Assembly (NCBI GenBank): GCA_013265495.1
Contig: MU058844.1
Coordinates: 3,911,895-3,975,894, forward strand
Direction of reading: 5' to 3'
Origin: Vicugna vicugna
Lineage: Eukaryota
Length of the DNA stretch: 64,000 nt
The position numbers and the translations under genes were made by a program. The notes beneath the pieces were generated by a model. It did no database searches. It worked only from the letters and a program-made list of their open reading frames with translations, and had not been told where the DNA came from. This document shows positions 1 to 12,150 of the stretch, one piece after another; positions within the stretch are counted from its first letter, which is position 1; each line of letters begins with the position of its first letter.

Positions 1-7
1 AATAATA

Positions 8-245
8 TTTTTATTTTGAAATAATTTAAGCTTTACAGAAAAGCTCAAAAGATAATTCAGAAAGTTCCAGTGTACTTCCCACCCACTTTCTCCTAATGTT
101 AACATCTTATATTACTATGGTACCTTTGTCAAAACTGAAACTAACATCAGTATATAATTTTATTGAGATTGCTCCAGTTTTTCAATTTATTTCCTTTTTG
201 TGCTTCAGGGCCCAATTCAGGACAACCCATTCCATTTAGTTGAAC
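8..245 (-). mobile_element. Old L1M (L1MC-like) 3' end fragment
   Basis: TTTATTTTGAAATAATTT..CAGAAAAG..TCCTAATGTTAACATCTTA resembles the antisense 3' UTR of old L1M subfamilies. Confidence 0.6.
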
Positions 246-635
246 TATGTTTTGAAGATGAATAATAATTTGATGTACAAAGGGAAGGAGGGAAAGCTCA
301 GGACAATGAGGTATCTGTGGGACAATGAAAGTAGAGGTATCGATCAGGACTAAGCAATGAGATGTGGGGTTAACGAGAGGACTGACTTGATCAGAACAGG
401 CTGAGAAGGAGGTAGTAAGGAATGGAAAGTTTTGGGGAATTACTTTGAATAGGGTAAGAATGGAAATTTCAAGCAGAGTAATTGTATTTCATGGGTATTA
501 TGGGGACAGTAGACAAAGGAGCAAAGGTGTTTAAGAAAATTGGGGAAAGAACATGGATTTCCAGCCCTTCCCACTAAGATCTGATCCTGGAGAGAGTCAG
601 AGAAGAAGATTGCCTGGAAGACACTAAAGGACATT

Positions 636-810
636 TTGTCATCTAATTCTCACAGCAAACATTCAGGTAAGTGTTATCATTAATGCTCATTTAGGAAAGG
701 AAATTGAGGTTTATGAAGGTCATGTAATTTGCATAAGGTCAAACTACCAATAAGTGGTGGTACTGGAAACTGAACCAACATTTGACTGACTCCAAAGACT
801 GTGCTTTATT
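636..810 (-). mobile_element. MIR SINE
   Basis: Antisense MIR core: CTAATTCTCACAGC..GGAAATTGAGG..GACTCCAAAG. Confidence 0.75.
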
Positions 811-1699
811 GTCTAGTTTAATCTAAAGTGTTCTTAATTATAATTATCAGAGTTCATAGTATAATTCTCTTCCTCTTCCAGGCAGGTTGCTAAGTGTTAG
901 ACATTTGTATTTCATCAGCTTTTTCTGAAAGAATCCAGTTGGGACTCTGATGTCCTGCAACACTCCTTCAAGGATCAGAACGTGTCTCCATTCTTTCATG
1001 GGTAGTGGTTACACAATAAGGAAATCATTTGAGGGGATCTATCATTGACTAATGGGGCCAGTTTGACCTTGGGTGGGTAATTATATGTTTTTAAAATTCA
1101 ACTGACTTGGGGGTTAGATCATGACCCATATTGCTGTGTAGAGCTTAGACTCCCACATTTTGGCTTGGGTCCTAAGCCAGAAGGAAGACAAGTAACCTGA
1201 GAAGTGGCAGGAAGCAGCTATAAGCAGCTATGGGCAGTGGCATCAGGGAGAAAAGAAAGCTTTTTGATCTTTTTCCCTGCTTCAATTCCCATTTGAAAAT
1301 TGGTGCCTCTGAGAGGGGGAGTATCTGAAGTACTGAAGAGACCTTGTCTTCAAAGCATCTCTCTCTGATCTCTCCCTTCCTATATTCCTTCCTCTTGCTC
1401 TCTACCAGTTCTGTTCAGATTTCCAGGTTTTCTCCTGAACTTTTGAAATATACTCATCATTCAGTCTGGCAAAATCATTAAAAAAGTCAGCATTGGTTCT
1501 ATTGCAACATTGACCTTCAAGAATGATACGCTTACATTTTCTTGGCATTCTGTTGAGATTGTATTTGTCATTTTTTATTAGTCAACTTAATCTCTGAATT
1601 ATAACTGGTTGCCTTTTTGTCTTGCTGGTTTTCTTTTTACCCAATGGTTCAATAGATACTCCTTCTCAAACTTTCCTGATGACTCTTCCTCTTGCAATT

Positions 1700-2540
1700 G
1701 ATGAATGTTAGCATGCCCCAGTCTCTGACCTTCAACCCTCCTCTAGCTATACTCCTTTCTTAGATGAACTTGCCAAGACCCATGGTATTAAAAATCATCT
1801 ACATGCTACTGGCCAAGCAATTTGTATTTCCATCCCTGACTATCTCCTCAACTCAAGGGTCAAGTATCTGACTGACTATTTGACATCTCTTCTTGAATGT
1901 ACAATAGTCATCTCCATATCGCCAATTCAAAAGCTGAACTCATAAGACTTCTCAAATTTTATTTTTCCTAAACCTTTCTCATCACAGTAAATGGCAACAA
2001 TTCCCAACCATTTGCTTAAGTCACAATTTTAGAAATCACAATTTTGGTTTCTTGAATTCCCTGACTCCTCACTTCAATCCATAATTGAGTCCCATTGCTT
2101 CTATCTAAATCTGACCACTTCTCATCTCCACTGCTACCACCTGAATCTAAATCTCTATCCTGTTTATTCTTAATATAGCAAAAGCCTTCTAACTGCCTTC
2201 CTGCCTCCATTTCTGCCCTTACACCTCTATTTTCCACATAGCAGCCAAAGCACCTTTTAAATTTATAGGTGAGATCTGTCACTCTTCTGCTCAAAATTCT
2301 TCAACAGCTCCCATCACACATAAAATAAAACTCCAACTACTTACCATGGTCTATAAGACTCACCCTACACAGTCTGTTCCTGCTTTTCATTCTGACTTCA
2401 TATCCTGCCATTTTCTCCTTTGTTGTTCCTGAATGACCTTGCTGGTCCTCAAACAGGCCAAGATTGTTCCTTTCTAACATCTTTATACTTTCTATTTCTG
2501 GTCTATGATTAGTGTTCCCACCCACCTAAGATCTGTAGAT
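1700..2540 (+). mobile_element. L2 LINE remnant (RT C-terminal part toward 3' region)
   Basis: CCATGGTATTAAAAATCATCTACATGCT matches the decayed L2 HGFKYHLYADD region, followed by the typical pyrimidine-rich L2 body. Confidence 0.8.
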
Positions 2541-2899
2541 CTTGAATGGTACAAATATTCATTTTATGTCTTGTATACAAACCTTGGCAATTTTTAGGAA
2601 AACAGAGACTCAGAAAATCAGGAAAGGCTAATTTAGCTCTTTAAAGGTATCTCTTGAAACTAACACTATGTTTAATTCATTTTCTAAAAAAGTCTCACAT
2701 GAAAGATGATCATACATAGCTTAAACCTGAAAATCCATACATATTTTTGTATTCATAGACACAGTTTATCCATAAGTGAAGGAAGAGATGAGAGATGGAG
2801 AAGGGAACCAACAGGAAGAGGAAAGGAGATTAAAAAAAGATCAAACACCTGCAAAGTGAAAGGCCATTTTGGGGGAAATGTTACATATCTTTTGTAGTC

Positions 2900-3060
2900 C
2901 TCCCTAAAAAAACTTCAAGGTATGTTTTCATTAACTTCATTTTTCTGACGAAGAAGATGAGGCTGACTGTTTAATAAGTTGTCTGAGGTCAGATAGGGGG
3001 TGGAATCAAGGGTGTCAGTTCTGTTCATTTCAATAGCTAAAGCATATTGCACCATATTAC
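2900..3060 (-). mobile_element. MIR SINE fragment
   Basis: CATTTTCTGACGAAGAAGATGAGGCT..AAGTTGTCTGAGGTCA resembles the antisense MIR core. Confidence 0.55.
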
Positions 3061-4129
3061 CTTGCTTATCCAGTTATACTGAGTATTTAAATGTCTTGTC
3101 CCTCTGGAATGATATTGGACCATAAAGCTTTAGAAGTAACTCTATTTGTATTTGCTTCCTGTCTTATTTATGGATTTATTAAACTCAACTGCTATTTGAT
3201 CCAAACTCACTGAAGCTTTTGCTGGTGGAATGGTCTTTTCATAGGTGGGGGTGGGGGTAGTCTAACATCCTGAAAAATAAATCATATAAAACAAGACACA
3301 TTGAGAAAGAAATATTATAATAATAAGTGAAGATGAGAAAGAGAAATTATTCCTAGGTATATGCTTAAGTTTGGTCTTCAAATTAACACCATCTAAATTA
3401 GCCCTACAATTAATTTCATAAATGAACTTCTACTAAGCATCTAATAAACAGTTCGGGAGAAGGAGGAAAAGAAGCAAAAACAATTATTTTGTTTTGTGTT
3501 TTTTCAGTTTGATGAACAAGTCGTTCCACGGCAAGCTGCTTGTGAATTGATGACTGTACCTTTAGAATCCTTTGTTGATTTTTTCACTCTTTAGCCCCCC
3601 TCTTTTAGGGGTAAAATAAGTCTGTAAAACGTACAATAAAGCAATTACTCCAGTGTAGGAAGCAACAATATGGTACTATATCTAAGGGATTTTGCAAATC
3701 ATAATGTATAATACCATATACCCAGGTTAGAAATACACTGCATTTTGAACCTAATTCAAAAAGGTGTGAAATGTAGTTTTGAGTTCCCTTGGCAAGATGT
3801 GACTGGATGATTCAAAGATAAAAGGTATAAGTAGCTTATAAAATATTTCAAAGGGGTTACAGAACATCAAAGAATTGTTGCTAAATAAAAATTTGATTGA
3901 AAATGAATCAGAAACTTCAGAGCTAAATTTACTGAAAATAAACATGGCTGTAAATCTTCTTTTTTAAAAAAAGCAATTGTGAAAAGTGGGCTTCTTAAAA
4001 ATTTAGAATCAAAGATTTGGTAAATGCAAACCTAGATCTAATCCAATCCTCCCAATATTAGAAATGATATTATTTCACTGAGGCAGAGGGGCTGTAAGTA
4101 TTGCACAAAATGGAGTGCTGGGTTATGAC

Positions 4130-4320
4130 CTTGGCCTTGAGCTTTGCTACCATGTGCCTTTGGGTGGGTTAGGGTCTCTCTCTGAGTTCAGGTTCTCATC
4201 TCTTCAGATAATGAAGATAATGTAATCCCTGCTCTGTCTCCTTCCTACAGAGTGCGTATCAGGATCAAAGGAATAGATTTAAGAATATATCCTGAGTTTT
4301 AAGATGTTCCATAAGTGTTT
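4130..4320 (+). mobile_element. MIR SINE fragment
   Basis: CTCTCTGAGTTCAGGTTCTCATCT..AGGATCAAAGGA resembles the MIR core. Confidence 0.55.
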
Positions 4321-4411
4321 GATATGGGTGAGAAACAGCAATTAAATAACACTACAGGTTCAAAAAACAATAATATATTTTCAGATTTGACTTAAAAATA
4401 AAGTGTGTCTC

Positions 4412-5696
4412 CAAAAATAAACTCAATGGCTTAAAGACTTAAATATAAGACAAGACATGAAAAATCTCCCAGAAGAAAACATAGGCAAAACATTCTCTGA
4501 CATAAATCTTAGCAATGTTCTCCTAGAGCAGTCTACCCAGGCAATAGAAATAAGACCAAAAATAAACAAATGGGACCTAATTAAACTTACAAGCTTTTGA
4601 ACAGTGTAGGGAAACCATAAGCAAAACAAAACAACAACCTACGGAATGGGAGAAGATATTTGTAAATGATGAGCCTGACAAAGGCTTACTTTTCAGAATA
4701 TATAAACAGCTCATACAACTTAACAACAAAAAAATAAACAACCAAATCAAAAAATGGGCAGTAGACTTAAACTAGCAATTCTCCAGAGAAGACATACAAA
4801 TGGCCAAGAGGCACATGAAAAAATGCTCAATATCACTAATTATCAGAGAAATGCAAATCAAAACCATAATGAGGTATCTCACATCAGTCAGAAAGGCCAT
4901 CATTCAAAAGTCCATAAACGATAAATGCTGGAGAGGGTCTGGAGAAAAGGGAACCCTTCTACACTGCTAGTGGGAATGTAGTTCAATACAGCCTTTATGG
5001 AAAACAGTATGGAGATTCCTCAAAAGACTAGGAATAGACTTATCACACGATCCAGCAATCCCACTTCTGGGTATATATTCGGAGGGAACTCTCATTCAAA
5101 AAGATACATGCACCCCAATATTCACAGCAGCACTACACACAATAGCCAAGATATGGAAGCAACCTAAATGTCCATTAACAGATGACTGGATAAAGAAGTT
5201 GTGGTATATTTATACAATGGAATACTACTCAGCCATAAAAAAGAATAAAATAATGCCATTTACAGCAACATGGATGGACCTAGAGATCATTATTGTAAGT
5301 GAAGTAAGCCAGAAAGAGGAAGAAAAATACCATATGCTATCACTCACATGTGGAATCTAAAAAAAGAAAAAAGGACACTATGAACTCATCTACAAAACAG
5401 AAACGGATTCACAGACATAGTAAACAGTCTTATGGTTACTGGGGAAAGGGGATGAGAAGGGATAAAATTGGGAGTTAGAGATTTACAAATGTTAGTCACT
5501 ATATATAAAAATACATTTTAGAAAAGTTTCTGCTGTATAGCACTGGGAACTATGTTCAATATCTTGTAATAACCTTTAATGAAAAAGAATATGAAAATTA
5601 ATATATGTATGTATATGCATGAGTGGGACATTGTGCTGTACACCAGAAATTCACACATTGTAACTGACTGTACTTCAATAAAAAAAAATACATAAG
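4412..5696 (+). mobile_element. 5'-truncated young L1 (ORF2 C-terminus + 3' UTR + A-tail) with TSD
   Basis: L1 ORF2 end and 3' UTR ending CTTCAATAAAAAAAAA; TSD TAAAGTGTGTCTC at 4399-4411 and 5697-5709; TT/AAAA endonuclease-type site just upstream. Confidence 0.95.
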
Positions 5697-5739
5697 TAAA
5701 GTGTGTCTCTTTGGAAATCCAGTGGATTATCCATTAGCT

Positions 5740-6298
5740 GTTGCTACCTATTATCTATTGCTAGATAACAAACCACCCCAAAATTTACTGGCATAACATT
5801 TCATCATGATTTTTTTGCTTAGCAATTTGGGCTGGGTTGACTTGGGCAGTTCTGCCATTCTCATCTGGAGTTACTCATACAATTGCAATCATCTGGAGGT
5901 TTAACTGGGATTGGATAGTACAAGATGGTTATGTTTCTGGTGGTTACTGTTGGCTGTCAGCTAGTTGGTCTAGGGGCTTCGGAGAGAAGGGTTCTTCTTG
6001 TGCCATGAGGCCTTTTATCTTTGGTTTGCTAGATCAGGCATCTTCACATGGTATCTCAGGACAGTGGTTCAAGAGAGTAAGAATAAAAGCTGTAAAGTCT
6101 CTTGGAGCCTAAGCTAAAGAGTCCTCTATCATTAGGTTTGCTGTGCTCTATTGGTTAAACCAGTTAAAGGCCAACTGAAGTTTAAGGACTGGGACAGTAG
6201 ACTCTGCCTCTTGTTTGGGGAATTGGCCAAGTCACATTACAAAAGTCCACAGTGATGGGAGGAAGTATTATGGTGATTGCCACAGACAATTTACCACA
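5740..6298 (-). mobile_element. ERVL-MaLR solo LTR (MLT1 family)
   Basis: Begins TTATCTATTGCT..ATAACAAACCACCCCAAAA and ends ACAATTTACCACA, the reverse complement of MLT1 termini. Confidence 0.8.
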
Positions 6299-7779
6299 CC
6301 ACAAATCTGATGTTTGATATTGTTCTTTTAAACTAGTGGTATAAGAAGGACACTCCTTGAGGAAGACTCATTGGCACAAATCCCAAAGAAAAAGTTACAT
6401 TTTCAATAGAGACACTTCATTAAGTATGGTGAGTCAAGGACAAATTGAATCACTAGAAATCTGTGAAGGAGTTTATGTAGCAAGTAGAGGAATACATTAG
6501 GAACAGACAAGACAGAAGACAAGGCCAAGACAACCATAACTGAGAACCATGTGGGTCAAACCAAAGGAAAAGGGCATTGGCATCATGCAATAGATAAAGT
6601 CATTTTGGGGTAAAAGTTAAAAAATCATAGTAAAGGGCATCATTGGAAAGAGTTTGGGAGGAGCAGATAATACAGATACAGTTGTCTCAAGTGGTTCCAA
6701 GTAGGATTGGGCAGAGTGGAAAACAGGGTATATGCAGCATCATTTCTAGGTGTGTCATGAACAGGATGTGGCCCATGATCCAATACATAAAGCAGTGTGA
6801 GGACAGACAGGGTCAAAAAGCCTGAGTTAACTAGCACATGCCAAACTAGGAAGATGCTGAGCAAGAGGAAGAGTTAAACCCACAAATTTGAAAAGGTATA
6901 CAAAACGAAAGAGATCCCACCAGAAGTAGTTCTTAGGGCGATCTGAATAATTCTCTCAGTCGGCATCTTGTCAGCCTGATAAGAATTTATGTACAAATTA
7001 CATATCAGCATCCATTCAAAAACACATATTCAGCACTCATAATGTTTTAAGCACAATATTAGGCTGTGAAGATACAAGGTCAAGCAAAGTGTATTCAAGG
7101 GCTTACCAACATTATCAATACATGAGATAACAGTTACAATAACACAAAATCCTGGAGTCATAGAAGGAAAATTTCATAGTCTTGGATACAGCGCATGCTT
7201 CCTGGAAGATTAATGTTTAAACTGGGGCCACAAATATGGGAAATTATCATGGTACGGTGGAGAGAGGAGTGGTAGCAGAAAATATAGTATGCTTAAAGGA
7301 ACCTTAGGTCAAGTAATGTTGGACAAATTTACAGCACTCTATTACTTCAGAGTCTGCTCTTAGAATTACAATAACCATAATTACAATTGTTATCAACTAT
7401 TAAATTTCTTGCACATGCTATACACTGTACTAGGCACTCTATAATATTACTGATCTTTAAAAAACCAAGTAGCATAGAGTATTTATTCCACTGCACACAC
7501 ACATACACACAAATACAGAGTTAGGTTAGTAAGATATCGAGGTTGGTTTAGTTCCAAACCATGGCTCTTCACTCTAGGGTACATGACCTTTTGATAAGAC
7601 CATGGCACAAACCAGGAGTTGTGTTTGTCCACGCTACTCTCAGAAAGACCATCATTAATCTCAGCAACAAGACTGCTATTTTCACCAAAAGGAAACTGTA
7701 CAATTTTAGACAATATATTTCCATAAGATGAAAATCTAAGTGATGAAGGTGATAATTTTTGTTCAGTGAAAGAGATTAC

Positions 7780-8020
7780 AGTAGACAGAACACAGGATTT
7801 GGAGCCCATAGAGTCTTATGCACTAATCTTGGCTCAATCATTTATTAGCAATGTGACCTTGGTCAAATTACATAAATTTTCTGAGCCTTATCTAATTACT
7901 TTTAAAATTGGAATAATGCTGCCAATGTCATTTCATTATTGTGATGACTAACATCACGATAATGTAGATAACATGCTTAGGGTAGAGTCTAGCACATAGT
8001 AGGTGCTCAGTAAATGATAT
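7780..8020 (+). mobile_element. MIR SINE
   Basis: TGTGACCTTGGTCAAATTACATAAATTTTCTGAGCCT..GCACATAGTAGGTGCTCAGTAAATG. Confidence 0.85.
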
Positions 8021-10102
8021 CTTCAGCAATGAAAAATGGTTTAAATTCAGGTATCAGCAAATCAGTTAATTAAGCCTGAGTTCTCACACTGCTTCCAATC
8101 TTTTGGTCAGTTTGCTTAACTGCTTCCCTTTGAAGCTTTCAAACAGGACCTGTTTAGCCTGGGCCATAGCAAACATGAATATCCTAAGTGGACCAGACAT
8201 TCCAACTGATGGAGCAGATAGGAAAATGGTAGTATTGAAGACCCCACTTGGAAGAACTTCTGGGCCAAATGGAGTTGTAAATTGGTAACCTGTAGGGAAA
8301 TCTGTTGTTCAGACACATTTTGCCTTATAAAGTAAATAAAGAGGAAAAAAAGAGATTTGAACTAACATTAAATATTGAGTGATAGCACCTAAAATCCAAA
8401 TCAGGCTTCTCTTAAAAAGCACAGGTCTTCATTCCTACCTGACACTTGGAGCCAAGTAGAAGTTCCCGTGTTTAGGAGAACATGTGCTCTCTAGTTCTTC
8501 AGTGTTAGGATAACCATATAGTTTATTGTCAAAACTATCATATGTTGGAAATGTTGGGTGTGGAATCATTAATTATGCCAAAACAGGCATAAATAAGCTC
8601 TGGCCCTGGGCAAACTGGCATAAACTGTACTATGGTCTTTGTTACTCCCTACTGCTTCTCACATGGAATCACACTATTCTACATCACTTGCCTTTCACCT
8701 GTAGGCTCTCTTCAAGAGCATCTGGTCCTTTGAGTGAGTCCAAGGATCAGTTAATTAATTTAGGGGGTTCAGCATTCTTATAAGTGAATATTAAGTCAAA
8801 AATATCTATAATAAAATCTGACTAGGATATCCAAGATGATATACAGTACTTAAATTGTTACATTTTTCTCTATAGTTTTCTTTGCATTCAAAATATTCCA
8901 TTATTAAAATACATTTTAAAATGCTTTTACAGACTTGTACTTAATGAAAGCAGCAAAAAAAAAAGGGCACAGTTATCATATTATCGAAATGTCAATAATT
9001 TTTCCAAGCCAAGCAGGCTTGGGGATTTCATTTAAAGAACACATTTGCTGTACATGGTAAAACATCTTTTGGAAGGAGTGATCAGTAATAAGTGACCAAA
9101 GAAAAATGACGCACATGGAATATAAAGTTGGTGACATGAACACAACCAGCTTCAGAGGGAAACAGTGCGATTGTATTTAGAATGGACAGCAGGCTTTGCA
9201 ATCTGTTGTGCTGGAGTTTTAGGGACTTACCACAGACAGTGTTTGTTACTGCAGAATGTTTTGCTTCCCAGGAGAAAGGAAGATTAACCAAAGGCAATAC
9301 AACATTTAAAAATACACAGATGATACAGCAAAATAAAGTCTTAGACTATAAACCACAAAAAGCCCAATATATTTGCTTGGGAATTACTGGAGTGGCCCAC
9401 AATCTAATGCTTCCATCCTAAGGATGTTTATAGAAAGAGAAAATTGAGTAATGCTTGCGCTGGCTTTTCAGCAAAGGCTCCACTACCACCTCCCATAATC
9501 CCCATTCTCTTGTGGCTTCTCGGACTTCTATAATTTCCTTTTGACACATTTGATTTTTTGTCTCCTAAAATGTGGCTTGCCTGTGGAATGTGTGTCAAAA
9601 AGCAAGCCTTATTTACTCATTGGGAAACTAACCACTAGTGTAGAGTTGGGCATACCTAATGGGAAGAGAGAAAGAAGGACCACGTGCTCACCCACCCACC
9701 ACACAGGACAGCCACTTCTGGGCAACCAGCCATTTTGTTTCAAACATCACAACAGAAACCACAGGTTGGACCAAATGGCGTCTCAGGCCTAGAGTGTGCT
9801 GGTTGACTGATGTTCTTGCCAAAAGTTTCCTCTAAGTTCCAGAAATTCCTTCTTTGTGTTCTGAGATGTCTGAAATGCTTCTTTCTCCCTTAGGATGACA
9901 ATTCCTTGGGTTGTTTAAAAAGACTTTTGCTGTTTAATTCAACCATGGTGGGGATGATTAAGTTAGGGTGTAAGTAATGTTTTCTATGACATTTAATCTA
10001 GTTTTATAACCCAATAATTACTTTAATTTTTATTTATTCTTCCCGGTATAGAAGTTCTATTAAGGAAGAATAGGCTTTAAGACATTTAAAACAGCCCTAT
10101 TT

Positions 10103-10260
10103 CACAAGTTTATACTGTATAGGACAGGGAACTATATTCAAAATCTTGTAACCTATAATGGAAAAGAACATGAAAATGAATATAAGTATATATATTATGA
10201 CTGAGACATTATGCTGTAGGCCAGAAATTGACACAATATTGTAAACTGACTATACTTCAA
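10103..10260 (+). mobile_element. Short young L1 3' UTR fragment without poly(A)
   Basis: Same 3' UTR as 5520-5680 (GGGAACTATATTCAA..CCAGAAATTGACAC..ACTGACTATACTTCAA). Confidence 0.9.
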
Positions 10261-10499
10261 AGCTTCAGATGCTATTATGGTGAAGATGGAGGGACTCAGC
10301 AGTTGACACTCCCACATGTACACTGGTCATTCCTATGCTGTACCCCTGTTGGCTCTCCACAAAAATAGTAACATTACAGCAGCAATAACAAAAATAAACA
10401 CATCACATGAAAATAATGGTGTTGAAAATTTTAACTAGAAAATTTACAATTCCTCTTGGAATTAATCTCTATTATATTATGTTATTGTACAATCATTAT

Positions 10500-10760
10500 A
10501 ATAATAGTTGATACTTAACTATGGATTTACTTTTATCAGGTGGCTTACTAAGTATTTTCATGTATGTACACATTTAACCAATATGATAGCCCTTCCAAGT
10601 AGTACAAAAAACTCTATTTTATAGGTTGTAAACTGATGTTTAAAGAAATAAGCCATTTATTTGAGGTCATGTAGCTCACTAGTGACAAAGCAGGGATTAC
10701 AATGGGTTTATCTATCTGACTGTAAAGTCCTCAAGTTCTTCAGCCACTGCTATCCTGACT
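10500..10760 (-). mobile_element. MIR SINE
   Basis: Antisense MIR-like tract (ATTTTATAGGTTGTAAACTGATG..AGGTCATGTAGCT..TCTGACTGTAAAGTCC). Confidence 0.6.
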
Positions 10761-10897
10761 CTACTGCTCTTAGGCTCTTGGACAAGACACTTTCTCTTAA
10801 GTGCTGGTCTGCTCTTTGATTTTAAGTTCAGCTAAATTCAACTAACACTTGTTGAACCCTTACACAGTCATAGGCATATAACCAAACTATTTCTCTT

Positions 10898-11230
10898 TCT
10901 TTTAAACACTTTTTGCTTTTTATTTAAAAAAACTTTAACACCTTTATTGTGGTATGGTTCCTGTACAGTAAAGTATACATATTTCAAATGTACAATTTGT
11001 GAATTTTGATAGATGTATACATCAACCAAACCATTACCACAATAAAGATAGCTAACATTTCCATCACTCTACAAGAGGTACAATTTTTGAATTCCCAATT
11101 TAGCCCTTCTGACCCCTTTACCCCCAGTAACCATAAGTTTGTTCTCTATGTCTGTGAGTCTGTTTCTATTTTGTAGATAAGTTCATTTGTGCCTTCTTTT
11201 TTTTTTCTAGATTCCACATATAAGCAATAT
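10898..11230 (-). mobile_element. Chimeric retro-insertion (young L1 3' UTR piece + old L1M 3' end) within one TSD pair
   Basis: 15-bp TSD CAAACTATTTCTCTT at 10883-10897 and 11231-11245; switch between the two L1 types near 11080. Confidence 0.8.
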
Positions 11231-11999
11231 CAAACTATTTCTCTTGACAGAGGTATCTTTGACTCTCTAACTTGCAGTTTCCTTTATGTAATACCTACCT
11301 ACCTCATAGGAGTGTTGAGTATATTATCAGTAAAAAATAGCTATTATTATCATTATTAAAAAAAATAAGTTCCTAGCACAAGATGGGTTATCAATAAATG
11401 TTGGATGGATGGATGAATGAAAGTATAGTGAGACAGAGTCTTGTCTATAAAAAGTTAATAGTCTGGTTGTAGGGACAACAGAAATATCTAGCTATCTGTG
11501 CTTCAATGGCATGAGTTTAATACTAATAAGACAGAGTATAAACACATTGGTTCTATTTGTGCAGAAATGAGCAAATAATTAAACTTGGGCAGGAATGACA
11601 AGGCAGCAAATTACAGAAGGCTTTATAGAAGGAGGAAAGGAAAAAGAGAAGAAAGAAAAAAGAAGGCAGGCAGGAAATGTCAGGGTGGCTCAAGGATTAG
11701 AGAAAGACAGACAAGAAATAGGAAAGCCAATTAGGAGATTATTCAATTATTGTAAACCTTAAGGACCAAAAAAAAAAAAAAAAGATAAAAGTTTCAACTT
11801 GGCAGTCACAAGGAATGAAAAGATAAGGATGAGTTCCAGGGGCACTGGAGCATTTGGCAAGGTTTAGTGACTGATTAAATGCAGGAGGTGGAGGAGGAGA
11901 CAGAACTAAGTTTCCGGCTTGTGCAACTCAATGGAGGATGACGATGCCATCAAGATGAGAAGAACTGGTTCCACAGTGTATTTCTAGGGACATTATTAT

Positions 12000-12150
12000 C
12001 TTCTTAATCTTTACCTTCCTTCCCTGTAAACTTAAGATAGTAACAGTCCTCATCACATATAGTTGGGTGAAGATAAAGTGATACGATAAAAGACGAGGAA
12101 TTTAGCACAATGGTTGGCACTTAGTAAGTGCTCAATACCTAGCTCTCTTA
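12000..12150 (+). mobile_element. MIR SINE fragment
   Basis: CTGTAAA..GATAGTAACAGT..TTAGCACAATGGTTGGCACTTAGTAAGTGCTCAATA. Confidence 0.7.

Noticed and set aside
655..675. Consensus donor CAG|GTAAGT
   Set aside because: Lies inside an antisense MIR, where donor-like sequence derives from the repeat; no supporting exon
3508..3600. Acceptor followed by FDEQVVPRQAACELMTVPLESFVDFFTL*
   Set aside because: Good acceptor but no clear donor and no recognisable protein; such pseudo-acceptors are common
7483..7809. 108-aa minus-strand ORF
   Set aside because: Starts in a MIR and ends in a TG tract; no recognisable domain or splice context
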